64,000 nt of DNA from an uncultured Alphaproteobacteria bacterium (GTDB lineage Bacteria; Pseudomonadota; Alphaproteobacteria; Bin65). Location of the stretch: positions 1 through 64,000 of the forward strand of contig CAVSRB010000004.1 of NCBI GenBank assembly GCA_963730305.1, read 5' to 3'. Within the stretch, counting starts at the first letter, position 1. The number at the start of each line of letters is the position of its first letter. The position numbers were made by a program, and so were the translations under genes. The notes under the pieces are model-generated. The model did not search any database and was not told the origin of the DNA. It saw only the letters and a list, made by a program, of their open reading frames with translations. Of this stretch, positions 49,021-59,050 are shown in pieces.

Positions 49021-49131
49021 CGCATCCTTCGAGACGGCCGCGTTGCGGCCTCCTCGGGATGGAGACCAGGCCCGACTTCACGCACGGACTTCATCCTGAG
49101 GAGCGCCGAGAGGCGCGTCTCGAAGGATGGG
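49021..49131. repeat. Diverged second copy of palindromic intergenic element (IR CATCCTTCGAGACG / CGTCTCGAAGGATG)
   Basis: Same core as 48260..48396; both preceded by GGATGATAGC. Confidence 0.6.
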
Positions 49132-49216
49132 AGGACGGGCTCCACGGTAGCGTCCGCGCGGACCGGCGGCTAAACAAGAGCCACACCATCCGCGCATCAT
49201 CCGAGGAGACCGCCGC

Positions 49217-50110
49217 ATGACCGAGACCAAACCGCGCCTGGGCTATATCGGGGTCGGGCTGATGGGCGGGCCGATGACGGCGCGGCTGCTCGACGCCGGC
49301 TACCCGGTCACGATCTGGAACCGCACGGCGGAGAAGATGGCGCCGCTGGTCGCCAAGGGCGCGGTCGCCGCGGACGGTCCGGCCGGGGTCGCGGCCGAAG
49401 CCGACATCGTGATGATGTGCCTGACCGCCGCGCCCGCCGTCGAGGCGGTGGTGTTCGGCCCGGGCGGCGTCGCCGAGGCGGCGGACGACACCAAGATCCT
49501 GGTCGACTTCTCGTCGATGCGGCCGGACCTGACCCGCGACTGGGCGGCGAAGCTGCGCGACGCGACCGGCATGGGCTGGATCGACGCGCCCGTCTCCGGC
49601 GGCGTGCCGGGGGCCGAGGCGGGCACGCTGGCGATCATGGCCGGCGGGGCCCAGGCCGACTTCGACCGGGCCGCGCCGGTGGTCGCACACCTGGCCAGCC
49701 GCTTCACCCTGATGGGCCCGAACGGCGCCGGGCAGACCACCAAGCTCGCCAACCAGATCATCGCCGGCGGGACCATGATGCTGGTCGCCGAGTGCATCGG
49801 CTTCGCCCAGCGCGCAGGCGTCGACGCCTCGCGCATCCCCGAGGCGCTCAAGGGCGGCTTCGCCAATTCGATCCCGCTGCAGCTGTTCGGCCCGCGCTTC
49901 GCCGCCGGCACCTACGAGCCCAAGCTCGGCGCGCTGGAGACCATGATCAAGGACCTCGACACGGTCTGGGACGTCGCCCGTGACGCCACGCTGCCGATCC
50001 CGATGACCACCCAGGTGCTGGAGATGTTCCGGCTGCTCGCCAGCAAGGGCCTGGGCGACGAGGATGTGACCGCGCTGACCAAGCTCTACAGCGAGACGCC
50101 GTTCGGCTAG
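49217..50110 (+). CDS. NAD(P)-dependent 3-hydroxyisobutyrate/2-hydroxy-3-oxopropionate-reductase family dehydrogenase, 297 aa
   Basis: GYIGVGLMGGPM Rossmann motif, conserved catalytic Lys region (TTKLANQI). Confidence 0.85.
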   Translation: MTETKPRLGYIGVGLMGGPMTARLLDAGYPVTIWNRTAEKMAPLVAKGAVAADGPAGVAAEADIVMMCLTAAPAVEAVVFGPGGVAEAADDTKILVDFSSMRPDLTRDWAAKLRDATGMGWIDAPVSGGVPGAEAGTLAIMAGGAQADFDRAAPVVAHLASRFTLMGPNGAGQTTKLANQIIAGGTMMLVAECIGFAQRAGVDASRIPEALKGGFANSIPLQLFGPRFAAGTYEPKLGALETMIKDLDTVWDVARDATLPIPMTTQVLEMFRLLASKGLGDEDVTALTKLYSETPFG

Positions 50111-50269
50111 CGCCGGCTAATATTGCAGTGCGTCACGGCCAATTCAGCCTACAAAGCGGTCAAATTAAGGATTTTTAATAATCTTGATTGCATCGCAATA
50201 AGGACCCATGTCCTGATTCCTCCCTCGGCGACAGCCTCGCCGCCGCCTCACCCGGCATCCGTGACGGAC

Positions 50270-51466
50270 ATGGCCAACCGCAAGACCCAGAACCGATCCT
50301 ACGAATCGATTGCCCTCGTCCTCCAGGGCGGCGGCGCCCTCGGCGCGTACCAGGCCGGCGCCTATTGCCGGCTGATCAGCTCCGGCCACCCGCCCGACTG
50401 GGTCGCCGGCGTCTCGATCGGCGGCATCAACGCCGCGATCATCGCGGGCAACCCGCCCGAATTGCAGCAGCAGCGGCTGCGGGCGTTCTGGGAGACGGTG
50501 ACCCCCGACATCCCCTTCGCCGGCCGCAGCCTCAATGGCGACACCCATCGCGCCTTCGGCCAGTTCAGCGCGATGACCTCGATCGTCGCCGGCGTGCCCG
50601 GCTTCTTCGAACCGCGGATGCCCCCGGCTTGGCTACAGATGCCGGGCATCCCCCCGGCGCTGAGCTTCTACGACACCACGCCATTGCGCGGGACGCTGGA
50701 GAAGCTGATCGACTTCGACCGGCTCAACTGCGGCGACATCCGCCTGAGCCTGGGCGCGGTCGACGTGGCGACCGGCAACTCGATCTATTTCGACACACAG
50801 AAGCAGCGGGTGACCGTCGACCATATCCTGGCCAGCGGCGCGCTGCCGCCCGGCTTCGCGCCGGTCGAGATCGACGGCCGCTGCTACTGGGACGGCGGCA
50901 TCGTCTCCAACACGCCGCTGCAATACGTGCTCGACGAGCACCGCGAGCGGACCCAGCTCGTCCTCCAGGTCGACCTGTTCAGCGCGCGCGGCCCGGTGCC
51001 GGCGACGATGATGGACGTGATCGAGCGGCGGAAGGACATCGTCTATTCCAGCCGGACGCGGCTCAACACCGATGCGTATGGGGAGATCCAGAAGCTGCGC
51101 CACAGCGTCCGCCGCCTGCTCGACAAGCTGCCGCCCGAACTGGCCGAGGACGAGGATGCGCTGGCGGCGCGCCAGCTCGCGACCCGCGGCGACATGACCA
51201 TCGTCCACCTGATCTACCGCACCCGCGAGCACGAGCTCGCCTCGAAGGACTACGAATTCTCACGGGCGTCGATGGACGACCATTGGCACGCCGGGGAGCT
51301 CGACGCCGACCGGGCGCTGGCGCACCAGGAATGGTTCACGCCGCCGGCCGACGGCACCGGCGTCCGGGTCTACGACTTCGGCCGGCACAGCCACCCGGGC
51401 GGCGAGATGCCGGTCCCGGCGCAGCGCGACCGCACGCCCAAACGAAAGCAAAGGAGAGCCTCATGA
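50270..51466 (+). CDS. Patatin-like phospholipase with DUF3734-type C-terminal region, 399 aa
   Basis: [11 protein letters not shown] oxyanion motif, GVSIGG nucleophile, DGG Asp; start moved to MANRKTQ. Confidence 0.8.
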   Translation: MANRKTQNRSYESIALVLQGGGALGAYQAGAYCRLISSGHPPDWVAGVSIGGINAAIIAGNPPELQQQRLRAFWETVTPDIPFAGRSLNGDTHRAFGQFSAMTSIVAGVPGFFEPRMPPAWLQMPGIPPALSFYDTTPLRGTLEKLIDFDRLNCGDIRLSLGAVDVATGNSIYFDTQKQRVTVDHILASGALPPGFAPVEIDGRCYWDGGIVSNTPLQYVLDEHRERTQLVLQVDLFSARGPVPATMMDVIERRKDIVYSSRTRLNTDAYGEIQKLRHSVRRLLDKLPPELAEDEDALAARQLATRGDMTIVHLIYRTREHELASKDYEFSRASMDDHWHAGELDADRALAHQEWFTPPADGTGVRVYDFGRHSHPGGEMPVPAQRDRTPKRKQRRAS

Positions 51467-52239
51467 AACTCGACGGCAAGGTCGCCCTGATCACGGGCGC
51501 GGCCAGCGGCATCGGCCACGGCATCGCCAAGCGCTTCGCCGCCGCCGGCGCCAGGATCGCGATCGCGGACATCAACGGCGACGCCGCGGCCAAGGCGGCG
51601 CAGGAGCTGGGCGGGGCCGAGAAGGCGATGGGCGTGACCATGGACGTGACCGACGAGGACATGGTCAACGCGGGCGTCGCCGCGGTGGTCGACGCCTACG
51701 GCGCGGTCGACGTGCTGGTCTCCAACGCCGGCGTCCAGATCGTCCACCCGCTCGAAGACTTCCCCTTCGCCGAGTGGAAGAAGCTCTTGTCGATCCACCT
51801 CGACGGCGCCTTCCTGACCACCAAGGCCTGTCTGCCGCACATGTACGAGCAGGGCTCGGGCTCGGTGATCTACATGGGTTCGGTCCATTCCAAGGAGGCG
51901 TCGGCGCTCAAGTCGGCCTACGTCACCGCCAAGCACGGTCTGTTGGGCCTGGCCCGGGTGGTCTCCAAGGAGGGCGCCGAGCACGGCGTCCGCGCCAACG
52001 TGATCTGCCCGGGCTTCGTCAAGACGCCGCTGGTCGAGAAGCAGATCCCCGAGCAGGCCCACGATCTCGGCATCTCGGAGAAGGAGGTGGTCGAGCAGGT
52101 CATGCTCGGCGGCACCGTCGACAAGGAGTTCACCACGATCGAGGACGTCGCCGAGGTGGCGTTGCTGTTCGCCGCCTTCCCGACCAACGCGTTAACCGGC
52201 CAGTCACTGGTGGTCAGCCACGGTTGGTACATGAACTGA
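51463..52239 (+). CDS. bdhA: 3-hydroxybutyrate dehydrogenase (SDR), 258 aa
   Basis: [22 protein letters not shown]; ATGA overlap with patatin stop. Confidence 0.85.
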   Translation: MKLDGKVALITGAASGIGHGIAKRFAAAGARIAIADINGDAAAKAAQELGGAEKAMGVTMDVTDEDMVNAGVAAVVDAYGAVDVLVSNAGVQIVHPLEDFPFAEWKKLLSIHLDGAFLTTKACLPHMYEQGSGSVIYMGSVHSKEASALKSAYVTAKHGLLGLARVVSKEGAEHGVRANVICPGFVKTPLVEKQIPEQAHDLGISEKEVVEQVMLGGTVDKEFTTIEDVAEVALLFAAFPTNALTGQSLVVSHGWYMN

Positions 52240-52376
52240 GCGTTGCGCCGGGCGCCACGGGGGCGCCCGGCGCGCGGACTTGTGCGCGCGGGGAATTGGC
52301 CGCACACTCCGCCGCGCTAATCCGGCCACCCTCGGCAACCGCAGGGTGGGCCACGGCCTGGGGGCATTAACGGGGC

Positions 52377-53507
52377 ATGATCAAGCGTTTCGTTATCGTC
52401 GGCATCCTGCTGGCCGTCGTGTTCGGCGGGCTGGCCGTCTTCCAGTACGTGCTGAAGCCGATGTTTATCGCCCAGTTCGTCGCCAACCTGAAGCCGCCGC
52501 CGGTGACCATCTCCGCAACCAAGGCCAAGCTGACGCCGTGGCAGCCGACCCTGACCACGATCGGCACCCTGCAAGCGACCCGGGGCGTCTCGGTGTCGCC
52601 ACTGGTCGGCGGCAGGGTCAAGTCGATCAACTTCAAGTCGGGCCAGCAGGTGACCGTGGGTACGCTACTGGTCACGTTGGACGATTCGATCGAGCAGGCC
52701 CAGCTCAAGGAGGCGCAGTCGGCGCTCAAGCTGTCCGAGCTCGACCTCCAGCGCGGCCTCGAGCTCTATCAGAAGAACAACTACCCCAAGGCGAGCCTGG
52801 ACAAGGCGCGGGCGCAGCGCGACCAGAACGAGGCCAAGGTCGAGTCGCTGCGCGCGACCATCAAACAGAAGAAGATCCACGCGCCCTTCACCGGGCGGCT
52901 CGGCATCCGCCAGATCAACCTGGGCCAGTATCTCTCGCCCGGCACGGCGATCGTGCCGCTGCAGGCGCTCGACCCGATCTTCGTCAACTTCTCGCTGCCG
53001 GAGACCGACCTCCCCAAGCTCGAAGTCGGGCAGACGGTGACACTGACCGTCGACGGCTATCCAGGCGACGACTTCCAGGGCCAGATCACCTCGATCGACG
53101 CCGAGGTCAACCAGAGCACGCGCAACATCCTGGTCCAGGCCACCTTGCGCAATCCCGGCTCGAAGCTGCTGCCCGGCATGTTCGCCAATGTGGATGTGCT
53201 CTACGCCGCCGAGATCAAGCGGGTGACGGTGCCGCAGACCGCGATCTCCTACAGCCTCTATGGCGACACCGTGTTCGTGATTACCAGCGGCAAGCCGGAG
53301 AAGCCGGGCGGCAAGGCGGTGATGACCGTCCAGCGCCGCAGCGTCAAGGTGGGGCCGCGGCGCGGCGACGTCGTCGCCATCCTGTCGGGGCTCAAGGCCG
53401 GTGATACGGTGGCGACCTCCGGGCAGATCAAGCTGCGCAACGGTGCGCGGGTGACGATCAACAACTCGGTCGAGTTATCGCCGCCGAAGGTACGGCCGAA
53501 GCCTTGA
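52377..53507 (+). CDS. RND efflux periplasmic adaptor (membrane fusion protein), 376 aa
   Basis: N-terminal TM anchor, coiled-coil hairpin, biotin-lipoyl and beta-barrel segments; overlaps pump start. Confidence 0.85.
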   Translation: MIKRFVIVGILLAVVFGGLAVFQYVLKPMFIAQFVANLKPPPVTISATKAKLTPWQPTLTTIGTLQATRGVSVSPLVGGRVKSINFKSGQQVTVGTLLVTLDDSIEQAQLKEAQSALKLSELDLQRGLELYQKNNYPKASLDKARAQRDQNEAKVESLRATIKQKKIHAPFTGRLGIRQINLGQYLSPGTAIVPLQALDPIFVNFSLPETDLPKLEVGQTVTLTVDGYPGDDFQGQITSIDAEVNQSTRNILVQATLRNPGSKLLPGMFANVDVLYAAEIKRVTVPQTAISYSLYGDTVFVITSGKPEKPGGKAVMTVQRRSVKVGPRRGDVVAILSGLKAGDTVATSGQIKLRNGARVTINNSVELSPPKVRPKP

Positions 53508-56500
53508 GCGCTCCGCCCTCCAACCGCGCGCCGCACGGCAACGGCGGCGAACGCGGCTTCACCGACACGTTCATCGAGCGCCCGGTGCTGGCGACGGTGA
53601 TCAGCCTGCTGGTCCTGCTCCTCGGCGTGCAAGCCTTCTACAGCCTGCCGGTCCGCCAGTATCCGAAGCTGACCAACACCCAGATCACGATTACCACGGC
53701 CTATCCGGGCGCCAACGCGGACCTGATCCAGGGCTTCATCACGACCCCGATCCAGCAGGCCGTCGCGAGCACCGAGGGTATCGACTACATGACGTCGTCG
53801 AGCACCCAGAACGTGAGCGTGATTACGTTGAACCTGCGGCTCGACGCCGACGGCGACAAGGCGCTGACCGAGGTGTTGTCGAAGGTCAACCAGGTCCGCA
53901 ACACGATTCCGTCGGAGGCCAACGAGCCGGTCGTGGTCAAGAAGACCGGCGATTCGACCGCGCTGATGTATATCGGCTTCAACAGCGCCAATATGACGCC
54001 GTCGCAGATCACCGACTATCTGACCCGGGTGATCCAGCCCAAGCTGCAGACGGTCAACGGCGTCGCCGACGCGAAGATCCTGGGCGGCCAGACCTTCGCC
54101 ATGCGCATCTGGATGAACCCCAAGCGGATGGCCGCGCTGGGCGTGACGCCGACCGACATCCAGAACGCGCTCAGAACCAACAACTACGTCTCCGCGCCGG
54201 GCCAGATCAAAGGCGACTACGTCCAGACCAACATCACCGCCGCGACCAGCCCGGAAACCGCCCGCGCCTTCGCCAACCTCGTCGTGGCGGCGCGCAACGA
54301 CACCCTGATCCGATTGCGCGACGTGGCAACGGTCGAGCTCGGACCGCAGTCCGTCGATTCGTCGTCGGTGTTCAGCGGGCTCAAGGCGGTCTTCGTCGGC
54401 GTCTACGCGACGCCGTCGGCCAATCCGCTGACCGTGATCAGCGACGTGCGCAAGGCATTGCCCGAAATTCGCCAGCAGCTTCCCGACGGGCTCAAGGCGA
54501 CGGTCGCCTACGACGCCACCGTCTTCATCCAGGCGTCGATCGACGAGGTCATCTCGACCATCGTCGAGGCGGCGGTGATCGTGATCGTGGTGATCTTCCT
54601 GTTCCTCGGCACCATCCGCTCGACCCTGATCCCGATCGTGACCATCCCGCTGTCGTTGATCGGCGTGTTGTTCCTGATGCTGGCGATGGGCTTTTCGGTC
54701 AACCTGTTGACCTTGCTCGCCATGGTGTTGGCGATCGGCCTGGTGGTCGACGACGCGATCGTCGTGGTCGAGAACATCCACCGCCACATCGAGGAGGGAA
54801 TGTCGCCGCACCAGGCGGCGCTGAAAGGTGCGCGCGACATCGCCGTGCCGGTCATCTCGATGACCATCACGCTCGCCGCGGTCTATGCCCCGATCGGCTT
54901 CCTCGGCGGACTGACCGGCGGCCTGTTCAAGGAGTTTGCCTTCACCCTGGCGGGATCGGTGATCCTGTCGGGGGTCATCGCGCTCACCCTGTCGCCGATG
55001 ATGTGTTCGAAGCTGTTGAGAGCCGACGCCAGCGCAGGCCGGTTCAGCCACTTCCTCGACCGGCGCTTCGAGGGGCTGAAGAACTGGTACGGACGGCGGC
55101 TCGGCCGGGTGCTGTTGTTCCGGCCGGTGGTGCTGATGGTCGCGGTCGTCGTGCTCGGCAGTTGCGTCTTCCTCTACACCGGTACGCGCAAGGAACTGGC
55201 GCCGACCGAGGACCAGGGCGCGGTCTTCATGCTGATCAAGTCGCCGCAATACGCCAACCTGGACTATCTCGAGAAATTCTCGAACCAGCTCGGCAAGATC
55301 TTCGAGAAGGTGCCCGAATACGCCAACTTCTTCCTGATCAACGGCAGCCCGACGGTGAACCAGGGCATCGCCGGCCTGCTGCTGAAGCCGTGGGGCGACC
55401 GCGATCGCAGCCAGGCCCAGGTGCTGGCGTCGCTGAAGCCCAAGCTGAACACCGTCGCCGGCCTTCAGGTCCTGGCCTTCCCGCTGCCGTCGCTGCCGGG
55501 CAGTACGGGCGGCCCGCCGCTCCAGTTCGTGATCAAGACCACCGCGGACTACAGGACGCTCTACGGCATTCTCGAGAAGTTGCAGTCGGCGGCCATGCAA
55601 AGCGGCCTGTTCGTCTTCCTCGATTCCGACCTGAGGTTCAACAACCCGCAGCTACAGGTCGAGATCGACCGCGCCAAGGCGAACGAGCTCGGCATCTCCA
55701 TGCAGGACATCGGCATCGCGCTGTCGACCATGTATGGCGGCAACTACACCAACCGCTTCTCCCTGCTTGGCCGCAGCTACCAAGTGATCCCACAGGTGCC
55801 GCGGAAATTCCGACTCAACCCGGATACCCTCAAGGGGATCTACGTGCGCACCAAGGGCGGCAAGCTGGTCTCGCTGGCGACGGTTACCCACTCGTCCCGC
55901 TCGGTCCAGCCCAACGCGCTGACCACCTTCCAGCAGCTCAATTCGGCGACGATCCAGGGCGTGATGTATCCAGGCCGGTCGCTGGGCGAGGGGCTGGACT
56001 TCCTGCAGAAGAAGGCGAAGGAGCTGTTCCCGGAGGGCTTCACGTACGACTTCCAGGGAGAGAGCCGCCAGCTCGTCCAGGAGGGCGACACGCTCGCGAT
56101 CGCCTTTGCGTTCGCCCTGATCGTGATCTTCCTGGTGCTGGCCGCGCAGTTCGAGAGCTTCCGCGACCCGCTGATCATCCTGATCGCGGTGCCGATGTCG
56201 ATCGCCGGCGCCTTGATCCCGATGAACCTGGGACTGGCTACGGTCAACATCTACACCCAGGTCGGCCTGGTCACGCTGATCGGCCTGATCAGCAAGCACG
56301 GCATCCTGATGGTCGAGTTCGCCAACCAGCTCCAGGCCGAGGAGAATATCGACAAGCACGCGGCGATCCAGAAGGCGGCCTCGATTCGGCTGAGACCGAT
56401 CCTGATGACCACGGCGGCGATGGTGGTCGCCATGGTGCCGCTGCTGATCGCCTCGGGCGCCGGCGCCAAGAGCCGCTTCGACATCGGCCTGGTGATCGCC

Positions 56501-56611
56501 GCCGGCATGACCATCGGCACGATGTTCACCCTGTTCGTGGTGCCGACCATCTACACCTACCTGGCCGGCGACCATCGCCCGACCGAGGCCGAGACGGCGC
56601 CCGCGGCCTGA
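53504..56611 (+). CDS. RND efflux transporter permease (AcrB/MexB hydrophobe/amphiphile efflux-1 family), 1035 aa
   Basis: 12-TM RND architecture, two large periplasmic loops, conserved TM4 D-D region (LAIGLVVDDAIVVVENI). Confidence 0.9.
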   Translation: MSAPPSNRAPHGNGGERGFTDTFIERPVLATVISLLVLLLGVQAFYSLPVRQYPKLTNTQITITTAYPGANADLIQGFITTPIQQAVASTEGIDYMTSSSTQNVSVITLNLRLDADGDKALTEVLSKVNQVRNTIPSEANEPVVVKKTGDSTALMYIGFNSANMTPSQITDYLTRVIQPKLQTVNGVADAKILGGQTFAMRIWMNPKRMAALGVTPTDIQNALRTNNYVSAPGQIKGDYVQTNITAATSPETARAFANLVVAARNDTLIRLRDVATVELGPQSVDSSSVFSGLKAVFVGVYATPSANPLTVISDVRKALPEIRQQLPDGLKATVAYDATVFIQASIDEVISTIVEAAVIVIVVIFLFLGTIRSTLIPIVTIPLSLIGVLFLMLAMGFSVNLLTLLAMVLAIGLVVDDAIVVVENIHRHIEEGMSPHQAALKGARDIAVPVISMTITLAAVYAPIGFLGGLTGGLFKEFAFTLAGSVILSGVIALTLSPMMCSKLLRADASAGRFSHFLDRRFEGLKNWYGRRLGRVLLFRPVVLMVAVVVLGSCVFLYTGTRKELAPTEDQGAVFMLIKSPQYANLDYLEKFSNQLGKIFEKVPEYANFFLINGSPTVNQGIAGLLLKPWGDRDRSQAQVLASLKPKLNTVAGLQVLAFPLPSLPGSTGGPPLQFVIKTTADYRTLYGILEKLQSAAMQSGLFVFLDSDLRFNNPQLQVEIDRAKANELGISMQDIGIALSTMYGGNYTNRFSLLGRSYQVIPQVPRKFRLNPDTLKGIYVRTKGGKLVSLATVTHSSRSVQPNALTTFQQLNSATIQGVMYPGRSLGEGLDFLQKKAKELFPEGFTYDFQGESRQLVQEGDTLAIAFAFALIVIFLVLAAQFESFRDPLIILIAVPMSIAGALIPMNLGLATVNIYTQVGLVTLIGLISKHGILMVEFANQLQAEENIDKHAAIQKAASIRLRPILMTTAAMVVAMVPLLIASGAGAKSRFDIGLVIAAGMTIGTMFTLFVVPTIYTYLAGDHRPTEAETAPAA

Positions 56612-56683
56612 GCCGGAGCCGAGCCTGGGCGATGGTATTCCACCGGCGCCGACGATAGGATCGCCGCCGGGAGGAACGCCTCG

Positions 56684-58429
56684 GTGGAACGCCGTCTCGC
56701 AGCCATTCTCGCCGCCGACGTGGTCGGCTACTCGCGGCTCGTCCGGGCCGACGAGGAAGGCACGCTCCAGGCGCTGCAGACGCTCAGGGCGGAGCTGATC
56801 GACCCGACCATCGCCGCGCACAACGGCCGCATCGTCAAGCTGATGGGCGACGGCATCCTGGTCGAGTTCGCCAGCGTCGTCGACGCGGTGCGCACCGCCG
56901 CCTCGGTCCAGCAGGCGATCGCCGCGCGCAACGGCGACGTGCCGGAGGACCGGCGCCTCGTGCTGCGCATCGGCGTCAACCTGGGCGACGTGGTCATCGA
57001 CGGCGCCGACATCCAGGGCGACGGCGTCAACGTCGCCGCGCGCCTGGAAGGCCTGGCCGAGCCCGGCGGCATCTGCATTTCCGACGGCGTCCACGAGCAG
57101 GTCCGCGACCGGCTCGACCACGCCTTCGAGGACATGGGGGCGCAGACGGTCAAGAACATCGACCGGCCGGTGCGCGCGTGGCGATGGACCGCGGAAGGTT
57201 CGGCGGCCGCCCCGGAACCGGGCGCCAGCGCCGACGCCGGCGTGTCGGACAAGCCGTCGATCGCCGTGCTGCCGTTCGACAACATGTCGGGCGACGCCGA
57301 GCAGGGCTATTTCGCCGACGGCATCTCCGAGGACATCATCACCGACCTGTCCAAGGTCTCGGGCCTGTTCGTCATCGCCCGCAACTCGTCCTTCGCCTAC
57401 CGGGGCAAGAGCCCGGACATCCGCAACGTCTGCCGCGAGCTGGGCGTGCGCTACGTGCTCGAAGGCAGCGTCCGCCGCGCCGGCGACCGGGTCCGGATCA
57501 ACGCCCAGCTCATCGAGGGAACCGGCGGCGGCCACGTCTGGGCTGACCGGTTCGACCGCGACCTCGCCGATATCTTCGCGGTCCAGGACGAGGTCACCCG
57601 CGAGATCGTCGGCGCGCTCAAGGTCGCGTTGACCGCTGGCGAGGAGACCCAGCGGGAGGGCCGGCGCAAGGTCGACCCCGAGGCCTACGACCTCTACGTC
57701 CGGGCGCGGGCGCACCTGTTCCGGTTCACCCCCGAAGCGAATCTCGAATGCCGCGCGTCGCTCGAAAAGGCGCTCGCACGCGACCCGACCCTGGCGGCGG
57801 CGCAAGCCATGATCGCGCTGTCGCTCGCTACCGACTATTTCAACGGCTGGAACGGCAGCAGCCTGGAGACGATGACGACGGCGCGACGGATCGCCGAAGA
57901 CGCCGTGCGGAGCGACCCGACCGAGGTCCAGGCCTATCACGCCATCGCGCTCACCAGGATGTGGAGCGGCAATCTCGACAAGGCCCTGGAAGCGGCCGAA
58001 AAGGCGCTCGAGCTCAATCCGAACTTCGCAGGCGGCGTGGTAGCGCTGGGCCAAGCGCGGGACTTCGCCGGCGACCACCGGGGCGCGATCGAGGCCGCCG
58101 AGAAGGCGCTCGCACTCGATCCGCATTACGATATCGGCATGCAGTTGCTGGGTCGCGCCCAGTTCGGCCTGGAGCAGGACGACGACGCCCTCAAGAGCTT
58201 CGAGCAGCGGCTGGCGCTCAACCCCAATTCCGATATGTCGCGCGCCTTCCTGACCGCCATCCACGGCCTCGCCGGCCGGCAGGACGAGGCGCGCCAGAAC
58301 CTGGAGAAACTGCGCGCGGTCAATCCGTCCTTCTCGGTCGAGGCGCTCCGCAAGATCTATCCCTACAAGTCGCCCGCCGTGATGGACCGCCTCGCCGACG
58401 GCCTGGCCAAGGCGGGCTTCACCGAATGA
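56684..58429 (+). CDS. Class III adenylate/guanylate cyclase catalytic domain fused to TPR repeats, 581 aa
   Basis: CHD motifs (LAAILAADVVGYSRL ... KLMGDGILVEF ... RIGVNLGDVV), C-terminal TPR array. Confidence 0.8.
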   Translation: MERRLAAILAADVVGYSRLVRADEEGTLQALQTLRAELIDPTIAAHNGRIVKLMGDGILVEFASVVDAVRTAASVQQAIAARNGDVPEDRRLVLRIGVNLGDVVIDGADIQGDGVNVAARLEGLAEPGGICISDGVHEQVRDRLDHAFEDMGAQTVKNIDRPVRAWRWTAEGSAAAPEPGASADAGVSDKPSIAVLPFDNMSGDAEQGYFADGISEDIITDLSKVSGLFVIARNSSFAYRGKSPDIRNVCRELGVRYVLEGSVRRAGDRVRINAQLIEGTGGGHVWADRFDRDLADIFAVQDEVTREIVGALKVALTAGEETQREGRRKVDPEAYDLYVRARAHLFRFTPEANLECRASLEKALARDPTLAAAQAMIALSLATDYFNGWNGSSLETMTTARRIAEDAVRSDPTEVQAYHAIALTRMWSGNLDKALEAAEKALELNPNFAGGVVALGQARDFAGDHRGAIEAAEKALALDPHYDIGMQLLGRAQFGLEQDDDALKSFEQRLALNPNSDMSRAFLTAIHGLAGRQDEARQNLEKLRAVNPSFSVEALRKIYPYKSPAVMDRLADGLAKAGFTE

Positions 58430-58914
58430 CCGCCGCCGCCAGCATCCCGCCGCTCGAAGGCGGCTGCACCTGCGGCGGCGTGCGCTATCGGCTGACCGCG
58501 CCGCCGTTGTTCGTCCACTGCTGCCACTGCACCTGGTGCCAGCGCGAGACCGGCTCGGCCTTCGCCGTCAACGCCCTGATCGAGTCCAGCGAGGTCGTCC
58601 TGCTCGACGGCGACGTGGTCCGCACGCCCGTGCCCTCGGCCAGCGGCAAGGGGCAGGTCTTCGCCCGCTGCACGCGCTGCGGCGTGACCTTGTGGAGCCA
58701 CTATTCCGGCATGGGCGACGCGATCGCCTTCGTCCGCACCGGCACGCTCGACGACACCGCGACGGTGGCGCCGGACATCCACATCTACACGTCGACCCGG
58801 CGGCCCTGGGTGATCCTGCCGGACGGCGTGCCGGCGGTGGCGGAATACTATCGCCGCGCCGATCACTGGCCCGCCGACAGCCTCGCCCGGTTCGAGGCCG
58901 CGGTCGCGGGCTAG
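58426..58914 (+). CDS. GFA (glutathione-dependent formaldehyde-activating / CENP-V) family Zn-binding protein, 162 aa
   Basis: CxC ... CHC ... C ... CxxC pattern (GGCTCGGVRY, HCCHCTWCQ, CTRCG); ATGA overlap with cyclase stop. Confidence 0.75.
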   Translation: MTAAASIPPLEGGCTCGGVRYRLTAPPLFVHCCHCTWCQRETGSAFAVNALIESSEVVLLDGDVVRTPVPSASGKGQVFARCTRCGVTLWSHYSGMGDAIAFVRTGTLDDTATVAPDIHIYTSTRRPWVILPDGVPAVAEYYRRADHWPADSLARFEAAVAG

Positions 58915-59050
58915 GTCAAATCGGCGCGATCTGGCCGCTGGACTCGCGTCATCGGTTCGGTTTTCTTATGATGCTGCAAGCGCGAAGGGATGATCCTCCG
59001 GTGCGCGACCATAGAATCATCGGGGGCACGATGAGAGGCGACTTCGCATC

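Noticed and set aside
53258-58264. Minus-strand 780-aa and 870-aa ORFs opposite the RND pump and adenylate cyclase
   Set aside because: Antisense shadow ORFs over strongly supported genes.
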